From Candidatus Eiseniibacteriota bacterium (GTDB taxonomy: Bacteria > Eisenbacteria > RBG-16-71-46): a stretch of DNA of 64,000 nucleotides. Below, piece after piece: positions 27,344-36,975 of this stretch; positions within the stretch are counted from its first letter, which is position 1, and every line of letters starts with the position of its first letter. Where the stretch lies: NCBI GenBank assembly GCA_963717505.1, contig OY970342.1:736001-800000 (forward strand). The letters run 5' to 3'. The translations under genes and the position numbers were made by a program. The notes beneath the pieces are model-generated. The model was not told where the DNA came from. It did not search any database and saw only the letters and a program-made list of their open reading frames with translations.

Positions 27344-28729
27344 CTAGACCGCGTCGCTCAAGCTCGAGAACGTGAAGTTGGCCGCCTTGATCGCCGGCAC
27401 CAGGCTGTTGCCGGTGCGCAACGCAGGCGACATGCCTTCGATGTTCTGCAGCACGACCGCCGGGCTTTCGTTGAACCGGAAATTCGTGACGGGGCCCACG
27501 ATCTTGCCCTTCTCGATCAGCCACAGTCCGTCGCGCGTCAATCCGGTGAGCTGGAGGGACTGGGGATTCACGGTCCGGATGTACCAGAAGTTGGTCACCA
27601 GCAGCCCCCGCTCGGTCGAGGCGATCAGCGATTCCATCGTCTCCTTGCCGCCCTCGACGATCAACGAGGCCGGCGCCGGCGTCGGCGCGCGTTCGGCCTT
27701 CTTCGCCCAGTAGCGGTCGTACCAGAGATTCTCGAGGACGCCGTTCTTCACCCAGACGATCGGCTTGGCCGCGATGCCGAAGTCCGCGCCGCCGCCGAAT
27801 CCGAATCCGCCGCCACCTCCGCCACCACCACCGCCTCCGCCGCCACCACCCCACGGTGCCGCCGGACGCCGCGCGTCGGACGGGTCGCTCTTGAGCGTCA
27901 CCGACTCGTGGAACACCTTCTCGCCGATGCGCGTGCCGCCGCCCTTCTTCGAGAAATACGAACGCCCTTCCTCGGCCGCTCGCGCGGATAGCGCCTGGGC
28001 ACCGAACGCGCCCCCACCCATGATGCCCGCGACCGCGGCCGGCTCGAGGATCACCGTGTAGTCGCCGGGCTCGAGCGGCTTCGGCTGGCGCGAGTCGCGC
28101 GCCTTGCCGAGCGCGCGGGTGGCGAGGGCCGCCGCGTCGACGTCACCTGCACGCCAGGCGCTGTCTTCCGCCCAACCCGAACCGGTGCCGTCGGCGGTGC
28201 GCACCGTGCTGCTGAACGAGCAATCGGTCGACCGGTGCCAGCCGAAGTTTCCGGCCTTGTTGGCGATGCACTGCACCCGACCGGTGTTGGTGAAGAAGCC
28301 CGAGGCAATCAACGATTCCTTCGCCGCGGGCTCGACCACGGCGCGCACGCCCGGCAGGCGCGCCGCGGCGTCGAGCTTGGAGGTGGCCTCATCCCAGGCG
28401 GCGATCTTCAGGTACTGCTGGGGCTCGAGCGGACCGACGTATTCCGGATCCGGCGGCACGACCCCGGCGATCGCCTCGGCTCGCAACATCGCGCGCTCGA
28501 ACGCCTCGCGCGAGGTCTCGTTGAGCGACACGCGGCCGGTGCGGCCCTCCTTGGTCAACGCCAGCACCACGCTGACCGACTCGGTCGAGCCCGAGGTGGT
28601 GATCTCGTTGTTGGCGAATCGCGTGTTGCCCGAGTGGACGAACGTGAACGACACCGACGCGTCGGCGAACTTGGTGTTCGACAGCGCCCGCTCGGCGAGC
28701 TTCTGGCACTCTTTCTCGGTCGGCAGCAT
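27344..28729 (-). CDS. TldD/PmbA family protein (TldE-like subunit) with a poly-Gly insertion
   Basis: TRFANNEIT, LEPGDYTVILEP, LTGLTRDG, NFRFNESP, FTFSSLSDAV; no HExxxH. Confidence 0.9.
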   Translation of the reverse strand: MLPTEKECQKLAERALSNTKFADASVSFTFVHSGNTRFANNEITTSGSTESVSVVLALTKEGRTGRVSLNETSREAFERAMLRAEAIAGVVPPDPEYVGPLEPQQYLKIAAWDEATSKLDAAARLPGVRAVVEPAAKESLIASGFFTNTGRVQCIANKAGNFGWHRSTDCSFSSTVRTADGTGSGWAEDSAWRAGDVDAAALATRALGKARDSRQPKPLEPGDYTVILEPAAVAGIMGGGAFGAQALSARAAEEGRSYFSKKGGGTRIGEKVFHESVTLKSDPSDARRPAAPWGGGGGGGGGGGGGGGFGFGGGADFGIAAKPIVWVKNGVLENLWYDRYWAKKAERAPTPAPASLIVEGGKETMESLIASTERGLLVTNFWYIRTVNPQSLQLTGLTRDGLWLIEKGKIVGPVTNFRFNESPAVVLQNIEGMSPALRTGNSLVPAIKAANFTFSSLSDAV

Positions 28730-28732
28730 GGG

Positions 28733-30346
28733 CTACTCCGTACGCAGGACGTTGATGCGGCGGAACAAGCTCGGCGCGCAGCCATGGCTCATGGCGTTGA
28801 CCTGGCTCGGCTGCCCCTTGCCGTCGTTGGACAATCCGACGTTTTCCCAATGGCGCTGGTCGGCGATCGCGGCGCACGCGTTCCAGAAGTCCTGGGTCCG
28901 GCTCTGGTAGGCGACGTCGGCGAGCATGCGACCCTTCTTGCCGTTCTTGATCTCCCAGAACGCGTCGCCGCCGAACTGGAAGTTGTAGCGCTGCTGATCG
29001 ATCGAGTAAGAGCCGCGCCCGTCGATCAGGATTCCGTCCTCGACCTGGCCGATCAGGTCGTCGAGGCTCGTACCCTCGGCGCCGGCCTCGAGCCAGACGT
29101 TGGGCATGCGCTGGAACGGAATGCTGTCGAAGCTGTCGGCGTAGCAGCAGCCGCGCGATTCCTTCTCGTCTACCAGGTGCGCCTGGTCACGAATCGTCTG
29201 GTAGGCCATGAACACGCCACCCTTGACGATGTGCCAGCGTGTGGCTTTCACGCCGTCGTCGTCGTAGCCGACGGTCGACATCGCTCCCGGCAGCGTGCGG
29301 TCGCCGATCACGTTGACGACCGGGGAGCCGAACTGGAACTTGCCCATCTTGTCGGCGGGCGGCGCGAGGAACGACGTGCCGGCGTAGTTGGCCTCGTAGC
29401 CGAGCGCGCGGTCCAGCTCGGTCGAGTGCCCGATGCTCTCGTGGATGGTGAGCGCCAGGTGCGACGGCATCAGGATCAGGTCCTTCGGGCCCGGCTCGAC
29501 CGAGGGCGCCGACAGATGCTCGACCGCCTCGCTCCCGAGCCGCTCGGCATTCTGCAGCATGCCGGACGACGTGATGTGCTCGTAGCCGCCGGTGACCGGC
29601 GCCACCTGGAAGTTCCGCGACTTGCTCTTGCGCGTGGCGAAATCGACCGCGGTCGCGGTGAAGGTCGGCGCGGTTTGCATGATCAACTGCTGGATCGACG
29701 AGCCATCGGTCGAGGCGAAGTACTTGTCCTCGGTGCGGAACACCATGCCCGAGTTCACCGTCATCACACCCTTGACCTTGCGCGCGGCGTCGTGGACGCC
29801 TTGTAAGAATGCGATCTGGTCCTGGATCGAGACCTCGAAGGGGTCCTGCTTGTGCGGCGTCACGTACTTGTCCTTGTACGGGGGCACCGGCGCGAGCTGC
29901 ACCGGCCGCTTCTGGAGCGCGGCGTTCGCCTTGGCGATCGCCACCGCGTCGGCCGTGGCGCGCGCGATTGCGTCCGTGGTGACGTCGGGGCTCGCGGCGA
30001 ATCCCCACGACCCCGAGTGGATGACGCGCACTCCGAATCCGAAGCTCCCGGTCTCGACCACGCCTGGAACGTGATTCACCTTGTCCTGTGAGCCTCGCTC
30101 GGGACTGGTGCGCAGCGACACCGATCGGTTGCGGTAGCGATTGATGCGGATGTCGGCGTAGGTGGCGCCGAGTTCTTTGGCGCGCTTGAGTGCCGCGCCG
30201 GCCAGACTCTCCAGCTCGGCAAGGCTGAGCGGGGCGGCCTCGACGGACTCGATCAGCCAGAACGGACCGTCGATCAGGTCGACGACCGCCGCGGCCCCGG
30301 CAGTGATGCCGACGCTCCTCAGGAAATCTCGACGCGAGAGCTGCAA
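28733..30346 (-). CDS. tldD: TldD metalloprotease subunit with Tat signal peptide
   Basis: SRRDFL twin-arginine motif, HESIGH zinc motif, QRMPN, GKGQPSQ...SHGC. Confidence 0.9.
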   Translation of the reverse strand: MQLSRRDFLRSVGITAGAAAVVDLIDGPFWLIESVEAAPLSLAELESLAGAALKRAKELGATYADIRINRYRNRSVSLRTSPERGSQDKVNHVPGVVETGSFGFGVRVIHSGSWGFAASPDVTTDAIARATADAVAIAKANAALQKRPVQLAPVPPYKDKYVTPHKQDPFEVSIQDQIAFLQGVHDAARKVKGVMTVNSGMVFRTEDKYFASTDGSSIQQLIMQTAPTFTATAVDFATRKSKSRNFQVAPVTGGYEHITSSGMLQNAERLGSEAVEHLSAPSVEPGPKDLILMPSHLALTIHESIGHSTELDRALGYEANYAGTSFLAPPADKMGKFQFGSPVVNVIGDRTLPGAMSTVGYDDDGVKATRWHIVKGGVFMAYQTIRDQAHLVDEKESRGCCYADSFDSIPFQRMPNVWLEAGAEGTSLDDLIGQVEDGILIDGRGSYSIDQQRYNFQFGGDAFWEIKNGKKGRMLADVAYQSRTQDFWNACAAIADQRHWENVGLSNDGKGQPSQVNAMSHGCAPSLFRRINVLRTE

Positions 30347-30501
30347 GGGAGCCTCCGCGATTCAAAGGTTGGTGGCAGGACGAGCGGGAAATCTACAGCG
30401 AAAGGAGCGCTTCGCGCCACAGTTTCTCGCGCGATGCCTTCGACTACTGGGACGCGGCCCGACCTTGCCCCTCCCCCTGGTACGGGCGCACAATTGATGG
30501 C

Positions 30502-31908
30502 ATGAAATCTCGCTGGTCGATCGTCGCGTCGCTGTTGCTTCTGGTCCTCGGCGCCACCGAACCCCGCGCGGCAGGCATCAACCTGTCGTGGGATGACTGC
30601 GGGTCCGGCGGCGTGTTGCTCAAGGAATTCGCTTGCGCCGAGAACGAAGGCGATCCGTTCACTCTGGTTGCCTCGTTCGTGCCGCCCGCGGGCGTCACCA
30701 ACATGGAGCAACTGGTCGCCGAGATTTGGATAGATGAAACAGCCACCGAGTATCCAGACTGGTGGAAATTCGGCAGCATCTGTCGATCTGCTGCCGATCT
30801 CGCCGCAAGCCTCGACTATCTGTCGACCCCGGTATCCTGTGAGACCAGTCCCGCCAGCTATGCAGTCGTGTCTCAGACCTACTTCTATCAACCAGGAGGA
30901 AGGTTTTCCGACGCCCATAGTGAGCTGGGAGTCGTCGTTTCGTACACCGAGGCCACGCACGGTGTGTCGGTGAGTCCGGATGTCGAGTACTTCGCATTCA
31001 AGGTGCATCTGGCCAGGAGCAAGTCCACGGGAGCGGGGAGCTGCATTGGCTGCCCGTCGCCGATGAGCATCGAGCTTCAGAAGGTGACGCTCGTCCAGTC
31101 CCCGTTGCTCGGTTTCAGTCCCCAACTCACGACGGCTCAGGATCGCAAAGTCGCCTATTGGCAAGCCAAACCTCTAGCGATCTCCCCGAGCCTCGGCGGC
31201 GCCGGCACGCTGGTAACGTTGACGGGTGAAGGTTTGACGGGTGCGACCGCGGTCACGTTCAGCGGTCAGAACGCGCCCTATTCGGTGGTGTCCGATGCGG
31301 TCATCACGACCGAGGTGCCGCCGGCAGCCCGCTCCGGAAACATTCGGGTCGAAGCCCCGGGTGGTCCCAGCCTCTCACCGACTTTCACTTGTCCGCCGGT
31401 GGTACAGCGGATTTCACCTATGGGCGGCCCCGTCGGATCATTTGTTCGGTTCGATGGGTACAACTTCAATTCATTGTATGAGGTGATCTTCACCGAAGGA
31501 GCGGCGGCCACCCCATTTGGGAACTACAGCGATTCCATGTGGGCACAGGTGCCCTATGGCGCCACGACCGGACCGATCATCGTCGGCAACACCGCCGGCT
31601 TGGACACGACCGAAGTCTTTGTCGTAACGACCACGGATGTTCAGAGCTCGAACACTCCGACCCTCGAGCTCCGGTCCATCGCGTGGAGCCAATCAGAGAT
31701 CGTAGCAATGGTTTGGCTACCCTCGGAGCAGCCGTTTGTTTTCGAGGTGTTCGACCCGGTGGGGCGGCGATGGTTGTCGAGAGAGCTTGCCGGCTCTGCA
31801 GGGGAGCATCGGGTCGTGGTTTCGGCAATGCTCCCCACCGGAGCCTACTTTGGCCGCGTCCGACAGGGCGGTTCTACCGTGAAACGGTCGTTCTTCGTGA
31901 TTCGGTGA
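30502..31908 (+). CDS. Secreted protein: Cys-containing N-terminal domain, two IPT/TIG domains, FlgD/T9SS-like C-terminus
   Basis: Signal peptide, GINLSWDDC, GTLVTLTGEGLTGATAVTF and VPYGATTGPI (IPT), EVFDPVGRR...TGAYFGRV. Confidence 0.8.
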   Translation: MKSRWSIVASLLLLVLGATEPRAAGINLSWDDCGSGGVLLKEFACAENEGDPFTLVASFVPPAGVTNMEQLVAEIWIDETATEYPDWWKFGSICRSAADLAASLDYLSTPVSCETSPASYAVVSQTYFYQPGGRFSDAHSELGVVVSYTEATHGVSVSPDVEYFAFKVHLARSKSTGAGSCIGCPSPMSIELQKVTLVQSPLLGFSPQLTTAQDRKVAYWQAKPLAISPSLGGAGTLVTLTGEGLTGATAVTFSGQNAPYSVVSDAVITTEVPPAARSGNIRVEAPGGPSLSPTFTCPPVVQRISPMGGPVGSFVRFDGYNFNSLYEVIFTEGAAATPFGNYSDSMWAQVPYGATTGPIIVGNTAGLDTTEVFVVTTTDVQSSNTPTLELRSIAWSQSEIVAMVWLPSEQPFVFEVFDPVGRRWLSRELAGSAGEHRVVVSAMLPTGAYFGRVRQGGSTVKRSFFVIR

Positions 31909-31924
31909 CGACGGGCATTCCCCG

Positions 31925-33157
31925 TTACTGGCCGCCTCGTTCCTCCGGCGGCCGAATCCCGCGGAACGCCCGGTAGAGCGCCACGTCATAGATGATCTTG
32001 AGCCCGGCGCCGATGAATAACGGGGTCGAAAACGCCGCGCGCTCCATGAGCACGCCGGCGAACGCCGGGGCGATCGCCCAGGCGCCGGAACGCACCAGCC
32101 CGGTGACCGCCGACGCCCACAGGCGTTCCGCCGGGCGAACCACGGCCATGACGTAGGACTGGCGAGTCGGCACGTCCATTTCGACCAGGGCTTCGCGCAA
32201 CAAGAAGAGCACGGCGGCCGATCCGAACCCGGGTGCGAAGGCAACTGCGATCAACAGGAGGCTCGCGGGAATGTGGGTGAACACCATGGTGTTCACCAGG
32301 CCGATCCGCCCGGCGAGCCACGCGGCCACCAGATGCGACAGCGCGTTGGCGGCGCGGGCGCCGAAGAACAGCACACCGATCAGCGCCTCCCCGGCGCCGA
32401 AGCGCTCGAAGAAGAAGTACGACAGGAGTGCGGTGGTCAGGAATCCGCTGCCCAGGCTATCGAGTGTGAACAGCGCGCTGATCCGGAGGACGATCCGCCG
32501 CGATTCCGGCGACACCGGTGTTGCGGAGGCACCCGCAGACAATGACGCCAGCTCCTTCGAAAGCCTCAGATAAAGTGGCACGGTGATCAGCATCAACGCC
32601 GCGAACAGAACGAGCGGCACGCGCGTCGAATCGAGCCAGCCCATCGCGGTGGCTTGACGCAGCAGCTCGGGCAGCCCCGCAAGCAAGCTGCCCACCGCAT
32701 GTCCGGCATCCTGCAGCACGTTGTACCAGGCGATGACCCGCGTGCGTTCCTTGTCGCTGGCGGTCGCCGGCAGGATCGCTTGCTCGATCGCAAGTGCGGC
32801 GCCGCGATCGCGCCCCATGCCGTTCAACATGCCGAGGAAGGCCGTGCCGGCGAGCAGCAGAGTCTTGGCATTGGGGCTCGAGGTCCACGCGGCCAGGACG
32901 GCGGTCGCGATGGCCCCGAGTGCCCCGAGCAGAGCGAGCGTCACCAGCAGCCGGCGGCGGCCTATGCGCTCGCCCCACACCGCGGCGATCCCGGTCGCGG
33001 CGGCGGCGCCGGCAAGTCCGGCGGCGATCACGTAGCCGATGCGGGAAGGATCGAGACCGGCCGAAGCCAGGAACAATCCGAAGATGACGCCGATCATCCC
33101 GGTGGCGACTGCGCGGATGAAGGCGGCGGAGTAGAGCAGCGCGCGGTCGCGGTTCAT
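31925..33157 (-). CDS. MFS transporter
   Basis: About 12 TM helices, ERIGRRR motif A, MDVPTRQSYV, GLKIIYD. Confidence 0.9.
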   Translation of the reverse strand: MNRDRALLYSAAFIRAVATGMIGVIFGLFLASAGLDPSRIGYVIAAGLAGAAAATGIAAVWGERIGRRRLLVTLALLGALGAIATAVLAAWTSSPNAKTLLLAGTAFLGMLNGMGRDRGAALAIEQAILPATASDKERTRVIAWYNVLQDAGHAVGSLLAGLPELLRQATAMGWLDSTRVPLVLFAALMLITVPLYLRLSKELASLSAGASATPVSPESRRIVLRISALFTLDSLGSGFLTTALLSYFFFERFGAGEALIGVLFFGARAANALSHLVAAWLAGRIGLVNTMVFTHIPASLLLIAVAFAPGFGSAAVLFLLREALVEMDVPTRQSYVMAVVRPAERLWASAVTGLVRSGAWAIAPAFAGVLMERAAFSTPLFIGAGLKIIYDVALYRAFRGIRPPEERGGQ

Positions 33158-33215
33158 GCGACTCCGCGGCGCGGCACATGCCGGCGACTCGAGAGCACTG
33201 CCGCCGGTTGAAGCA

Positions 33216-34037
33216 CTAGCTCCCCAGCGGGCCCAGCATCACGACCGGCCCGCTCGGAGCCGACTTGTTCGGCGAGCCACCGCGCGGCTCGACCGACACC
33301 GCGAACGCCGAGATCGCTTCGGCGGCGCCGACTCCTTCGAGCCGCATCGCGACACGGCCCTGGTCGTCCGTAGCCATCACGCCCAGGCTCACCGGCGCTC
33401 CACCGCGGATCACCCACAACTCGTAGTCGCGTTCGACCTGGGGCAGAAGGCTCTCGGCCATGACCACCGCGCGGCCGGAGCCCGGGTCGTAGACCACGCG
33501 CGCCCGCAATCCGGGATCGCCATCGGTGGTCGGCGCCAACACGGCAACTCGCGAATACGCGGAGGTCAGGATGCGTTCCCACTCGCGGTCCGCGGCCGCC
33601 TGCTGCTCGAGTTCCGCGATGCGCGCGCGCGTCGCCGCGAGTTCGCCGGACTGACGCGCCGCCTGCATCCACAGAAGTGCGCTCACCAATACGAACGCCG
33701 CCGCGGCCGCCACCGGCACCCAGGTCCATGGCGAGAAGCGCCGATGCGCCGACTCCAGCTCGGTCGGGCGGCGAACGATCACCGCGCGCTCGGCGCGCGG
33801 CTCGTCGGCTCCGGTCGCCGCCGCCAGCACGCGCCCGCGCAACGACGAGCTGGGCAACGCCGCCGGCGCCGACGCCGCCAGCGCCACGGTGGCCACCGAG
33901 AACTCGGCGAGCGCGCGCTCGCACTCGGCACAGCCGGTCTTGAGGTGCGCTTCGAGTCGGCGGCGATCCGCGTCGTCGAGCGCGTCCAGCGCCCAGCCGG
34001 CGCACAGGTCCAGGTACTCGGGGCGATGCAGGTTCAC
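33216..34037 (-). CDS. Anti-sigma factor, RskA family
   Basis: ZAS motif HLKTGCAEC, one TM helix, DYELWVI, FAVSVEPRGGS. GTG start overlaps the sigma TGA. Confidence 0.9.
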   Translation of the reverse strand: MNLHRPEYLDLCAGWALDALDDADRRRLEAHLKTGCAECERALAEFSVATVALAASAPAALPSSSLRGRVLAAATGADEPRAERAVIVRRPTELESAHRRFSPWTWVPVAAAAAFVLVSALLWMQAARQSGELAATRARIAELEQQAAADREWERILTSAYSRVAVLAPTTDGDPGLRARVVYDPGSGRAVVMAESLLPQVERDYELWVIRGGAPVSLGVMATDDQGRVAMRLEGVGAAEAISAFAVSVEPRGGSPNKSAPSGPVVMLGPLGS

Positions 34038-34609
34038 ATCCAATCTCCCTGCGGCAGCAGCTCGCGCAAGCGCGAGAGACCCTGCCGCGTCCACGACTTC
34101 ACCGTTCCGAGCGGCGCTTTCAGGCGCGCGGCGACCTCGCTCTGGGCCAGTCCCTCGAAGTAGGCGATCTCGATCGCCTGGCGCTGCTGCGGCGCCAGCG
34201 TCGCCAGCGCCTCACGAGCCTTGGCACCCAGCTGTGAACGCACCGCCGACGCCGGCAGATCCGCTGGGCGTTGCACCGGCTCCGGGTCGACGTGCGACTC
34301 GGCGCGCGAGCGCGACGCGCGGCTTCGGTAGCGATCGAGCGATCGCGTGCGCACCACGGTCAGCAACCACGCGGCCACGGCGCCGCGGCGCGAATCGTAG
34401 GCGGCGGCGCGCCGCCAGACCTGCAGCCAGGTGTCCTGGATCGCGTCCTCGGCGTCGGCCGCTGTGCGGAGGATGCGCAATGCCACGGGATAGAGCAGGG
34501 GCGTATGGCGATCATAGAGCTCAGCGAGTGCCCGAGCCTCCCCGGTCTGGGCCCGTTTCAGGGTCTGGACGTCCTGCTCCTGCTGGGTCAAAGCTCGCGG
34601 ACCTCGCAA
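34034..34609 (-). CDS. ECF sigma-70 factor (SigK-like)
   Basis: LYDRH, AEDAIQD, AWLLTVVR, AYFEGL, PLGTVKSW. Start could be TTG at 34591. Confidence 0.92.
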   Translation of the reverse strand: MRGPRALTQQEQDVQTLKRAQTGEARALAELYDRHTPLLYPVALRILRTAADAEDAIQDTWLQVWRRAAAYDSRRGAVAAWLLTVVRTRSLDRYRSRASRSRAESHVDPEPVQRPADLPASAVRSQLGAKAREALATLAPQQRQAIEIAYFEGLAQSEVAARLKAPLGTVKSWTRQGLSRLRELLPQGDWM

Positions 34610-34669
34610 TACGTCACGTTCACCTCTACCACGGGCCCGGCGCCATTCGGACGCGGGTCGAAGCCCAAC

Positions 34670-35365
34670 TCAGAAGAAGAGGTTGAGGGTCAGGTTGGGC
34701 GCCCAGATGGTTTCCACGCCGGTCGCCCACTCGTCCTGCAGGTTCAGGCCCAGATCCAGCACCGTGTGCCCGTACGGGAACGCCAACTCGCAACCGATCG
34801 CGTAGATGGCGCGACTCCACGACTCCCGGCGGCTGTCCCAGAAGAACTCGGCAGTCCCGTACGGGGTCAGATTCTGCCCCAACCACTGGATGTTGTCCTC
34901 CAATCGCGAACGGTTGCGGTAGCGCCAGGAGAGATCCCGGCCCTCGACGTCGCGCAGCTCGAAACGGTTGCGATTGAAGAAGTACAACGGACGCTCCACG
35001 GGATGAAACCGCGCCTGGAACTGGCCGACGTATCGATGCTCGTCGACTACGCTCTCGGTGCCATCGTCGACATTGCGCAGGTAGCCGACGCGAATATCCA
35101 ACCGCGAGTTCTTCGCGGCATCGGGCGTGAAGTGCGCCAGGGGACGGTGCTGCAGAGCCAGGAAGTCCACGTAGCCCGCGACTGCGTAGTCGGTGCGCGA
35201 CTGGGTCTTGGGTTCGCGAGTCGCGCCGTAGATGAACAACAGCCGCAGGTCTTTGCGGACGCTCCAATACACGTCGACTTCGGGCCAAAACTGCCACTCT
35301 TCCGCGTGGGCGGTGAGTGGGGCGAGAAATCCCAAGCACAGGAGCAAGCTGAATCGAAGTCGCAT
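34670..35365 (-). CDS. Outer-membrane beta-barrel protein, DUF2490-like
   Basis: Signal peptide, EHR, RNRFELR, WRYRNR motifs, terminal aromatic residue (NLFF). Confidence 0.75.
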   Translation of the reverse strand: MRLRFSLLLCLGFLAPLTAHAEEWQFWPEVDVYWSVRKDLRLLFIYGATREPKTQSRTDYAVAGYVDFLALQHRPLAHFTPDAAKNSRLDIRVGYLRNVDDGTESVVDEHRYVGQFQARFHPVERPLYFFNRNRFELRDVEGRDLSWRYRNRSRLEDNIQWLGQNLTPYGTAEFFWDSRRESWSRAIYAIGCELAFPYGHTVLDLGLNLQDEWATGVETIWAPNLTLNLFF

Positions 35366-35450
35366 GAGGCGGGAAGACTACACGGTGGCCGCGTCGCTTG
35401 CAGTCGATCCGCGGCGCAGGCATCCTGCGTAGGTCCGCATCAGCGGGCGC

Positions 35451-35541
35451 GTCGTTAGGGGTGGCCGGCGAGAACCACGCCGCCGGCCTGAGAGAACACC
35501 CTTCGAACCTGAACTGGTTGATACCAGCGTAGGGAAACGGC
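35451..35541 (+). ncRNA. TPP (thiamine pyrophosphate) riboswitch
   Basis: AGGGGTG...CTGAGA..ACCC..GAACCTGA.CTGGTTGATACCAGCGTAGGGA consensus; P1 GTCGTT/AACGGC; lies 4 nt before the ATG of a transporter. Confidence 0.95.
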
Positions 35542-35545
35542 TCGA

Positions 35546-36950
35546 ATGTTCAGCACACATCCTCTCGACTGGGGCGTGATCGCCATCTACGTGGCGTTCC
35601 TCGCCGCCGTCTGGCTGCGCGACCGCCGCACGCCGTCGCCGGTGATCGACTACCTGGTGGCAGGCCGACGCCTGACGCTGCCGGCGTTCGTCGCGACGCT
35701 GGTCGCCACCTGGTACGGCGGCATCCTCGGCATCGGCGAGTACACCTGGCGCCACGGGGTCTCGAACTGGCTGGTGTTCGGCGTGCCCTACTACGTCGGC
35801 GCGTTCTTGTTCGCGATGCTGTTCGCACGGCGCGCTCGCGAGTCGAGGCTGTTCACCATCCCCGACTTGCTCGCCGAGCGCAGCGGGCGCGCGCCGGCAC
35901 TGCTCGGCGCCTTGCTCGTGTTCCTGACCTCGATTCCCGCCGCCTACGTGCTGATGCTCGGCACCCTGTTCGCCGCCATGACCGGGGCGCCGCTGATTCC
36001 CTGCGTGCTGGTCGCCGGGGCGCTCTCGCTCTTCTACGTGGATCGCGGCGGCCTGCGCACGGTCGTGCTCACCGATCAGGTGCAGTTCGTGCTCATGTAC
36101 CTCGGGTTCGGCATGTTGTTCGCGTTCCTGGTGTTTGGCTATGGGGCGCGGCCGCTCGAGCCGGGCGTGCTGCCGCCGACCCATTTCACCTGGCACGGCG
36201 GCAATCCGCCGCAGGCGATCTGGGTCTGGTACTTCATTGCGCTTTCGGCGCTGGTCGACCCCGGTTTCTGGCAGCGCGCCTACGCGGCTCGTAGTCCCGA
36301 GGTCGCGCGTGAGGGCGTGCTGTGGTCGATCGCGTTCTGGATCGTCTTCGACCTGATGACCACCACCGCCGGCCTCTACGCGCGCGCGTTGCTCCCGGAT
36401 CTCGCCGATCCGGTGCAGGCGTTCCCGCAGCTCGGACGCCTGGTGCTGCCGCCGCTGGCACTCGGCGTCTTCTACTTGGGCATGATCGCGACGGTGATGA
36501 GCACGATCGACTCCTACGGCTTCATCGCCGCGAGCACCGTCGGCCGCGACGTCGTTTGGCGGTTGCGGAGGCGAAGTCGGCGAGGAACGCATTCCGTTCT
36601 ACACCCGTCTCGGACTGGCGGTCGCGTTCGTGGCTGCGGTCGTGCTCGCGCTGGCGCGTCCAAGCGTGGTCGCCCTGTGGCACGACATCGGCTCGGTCAC
36701 GACTCCGGCGTTGCTGCTCCCGGTCGGCGCGGCGCTGCTCGGCCGCGGGACCACCAACCCTCGCTGGGTGACGATCACGATGGCCGTGCCGTTCGTGGTG
36801 TCGCTCGCGTGGGTGATCGCCAGGATTGCTTCGCCTGCCGGTCGTTATCCCTGGTCGCTCGAACCCATCTATCCCGGACTCGCCGTGTCGGCGCTGTTGT
36901 TTGCGATCGGCTGGGTGGTCTCACGAAAGGCATCGCATGCGCGTGCATAG
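35546..36950 (+). CDS. Sodium:solute symporter (probable thiamine or precursor transporter); frameshift near 36568
   Basis: DYLVAGRRL, ATWYGG, GGLRTVVLTDQVQ, WQRAYAA, MSTIDS. The C-terminal TMs continue in another frame (ERIPFYTRLG...HARA*). Confidence 0.88.
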
Positions 36951-36975
36951 AAGAACGAATTCCAGCCATTTCGCG

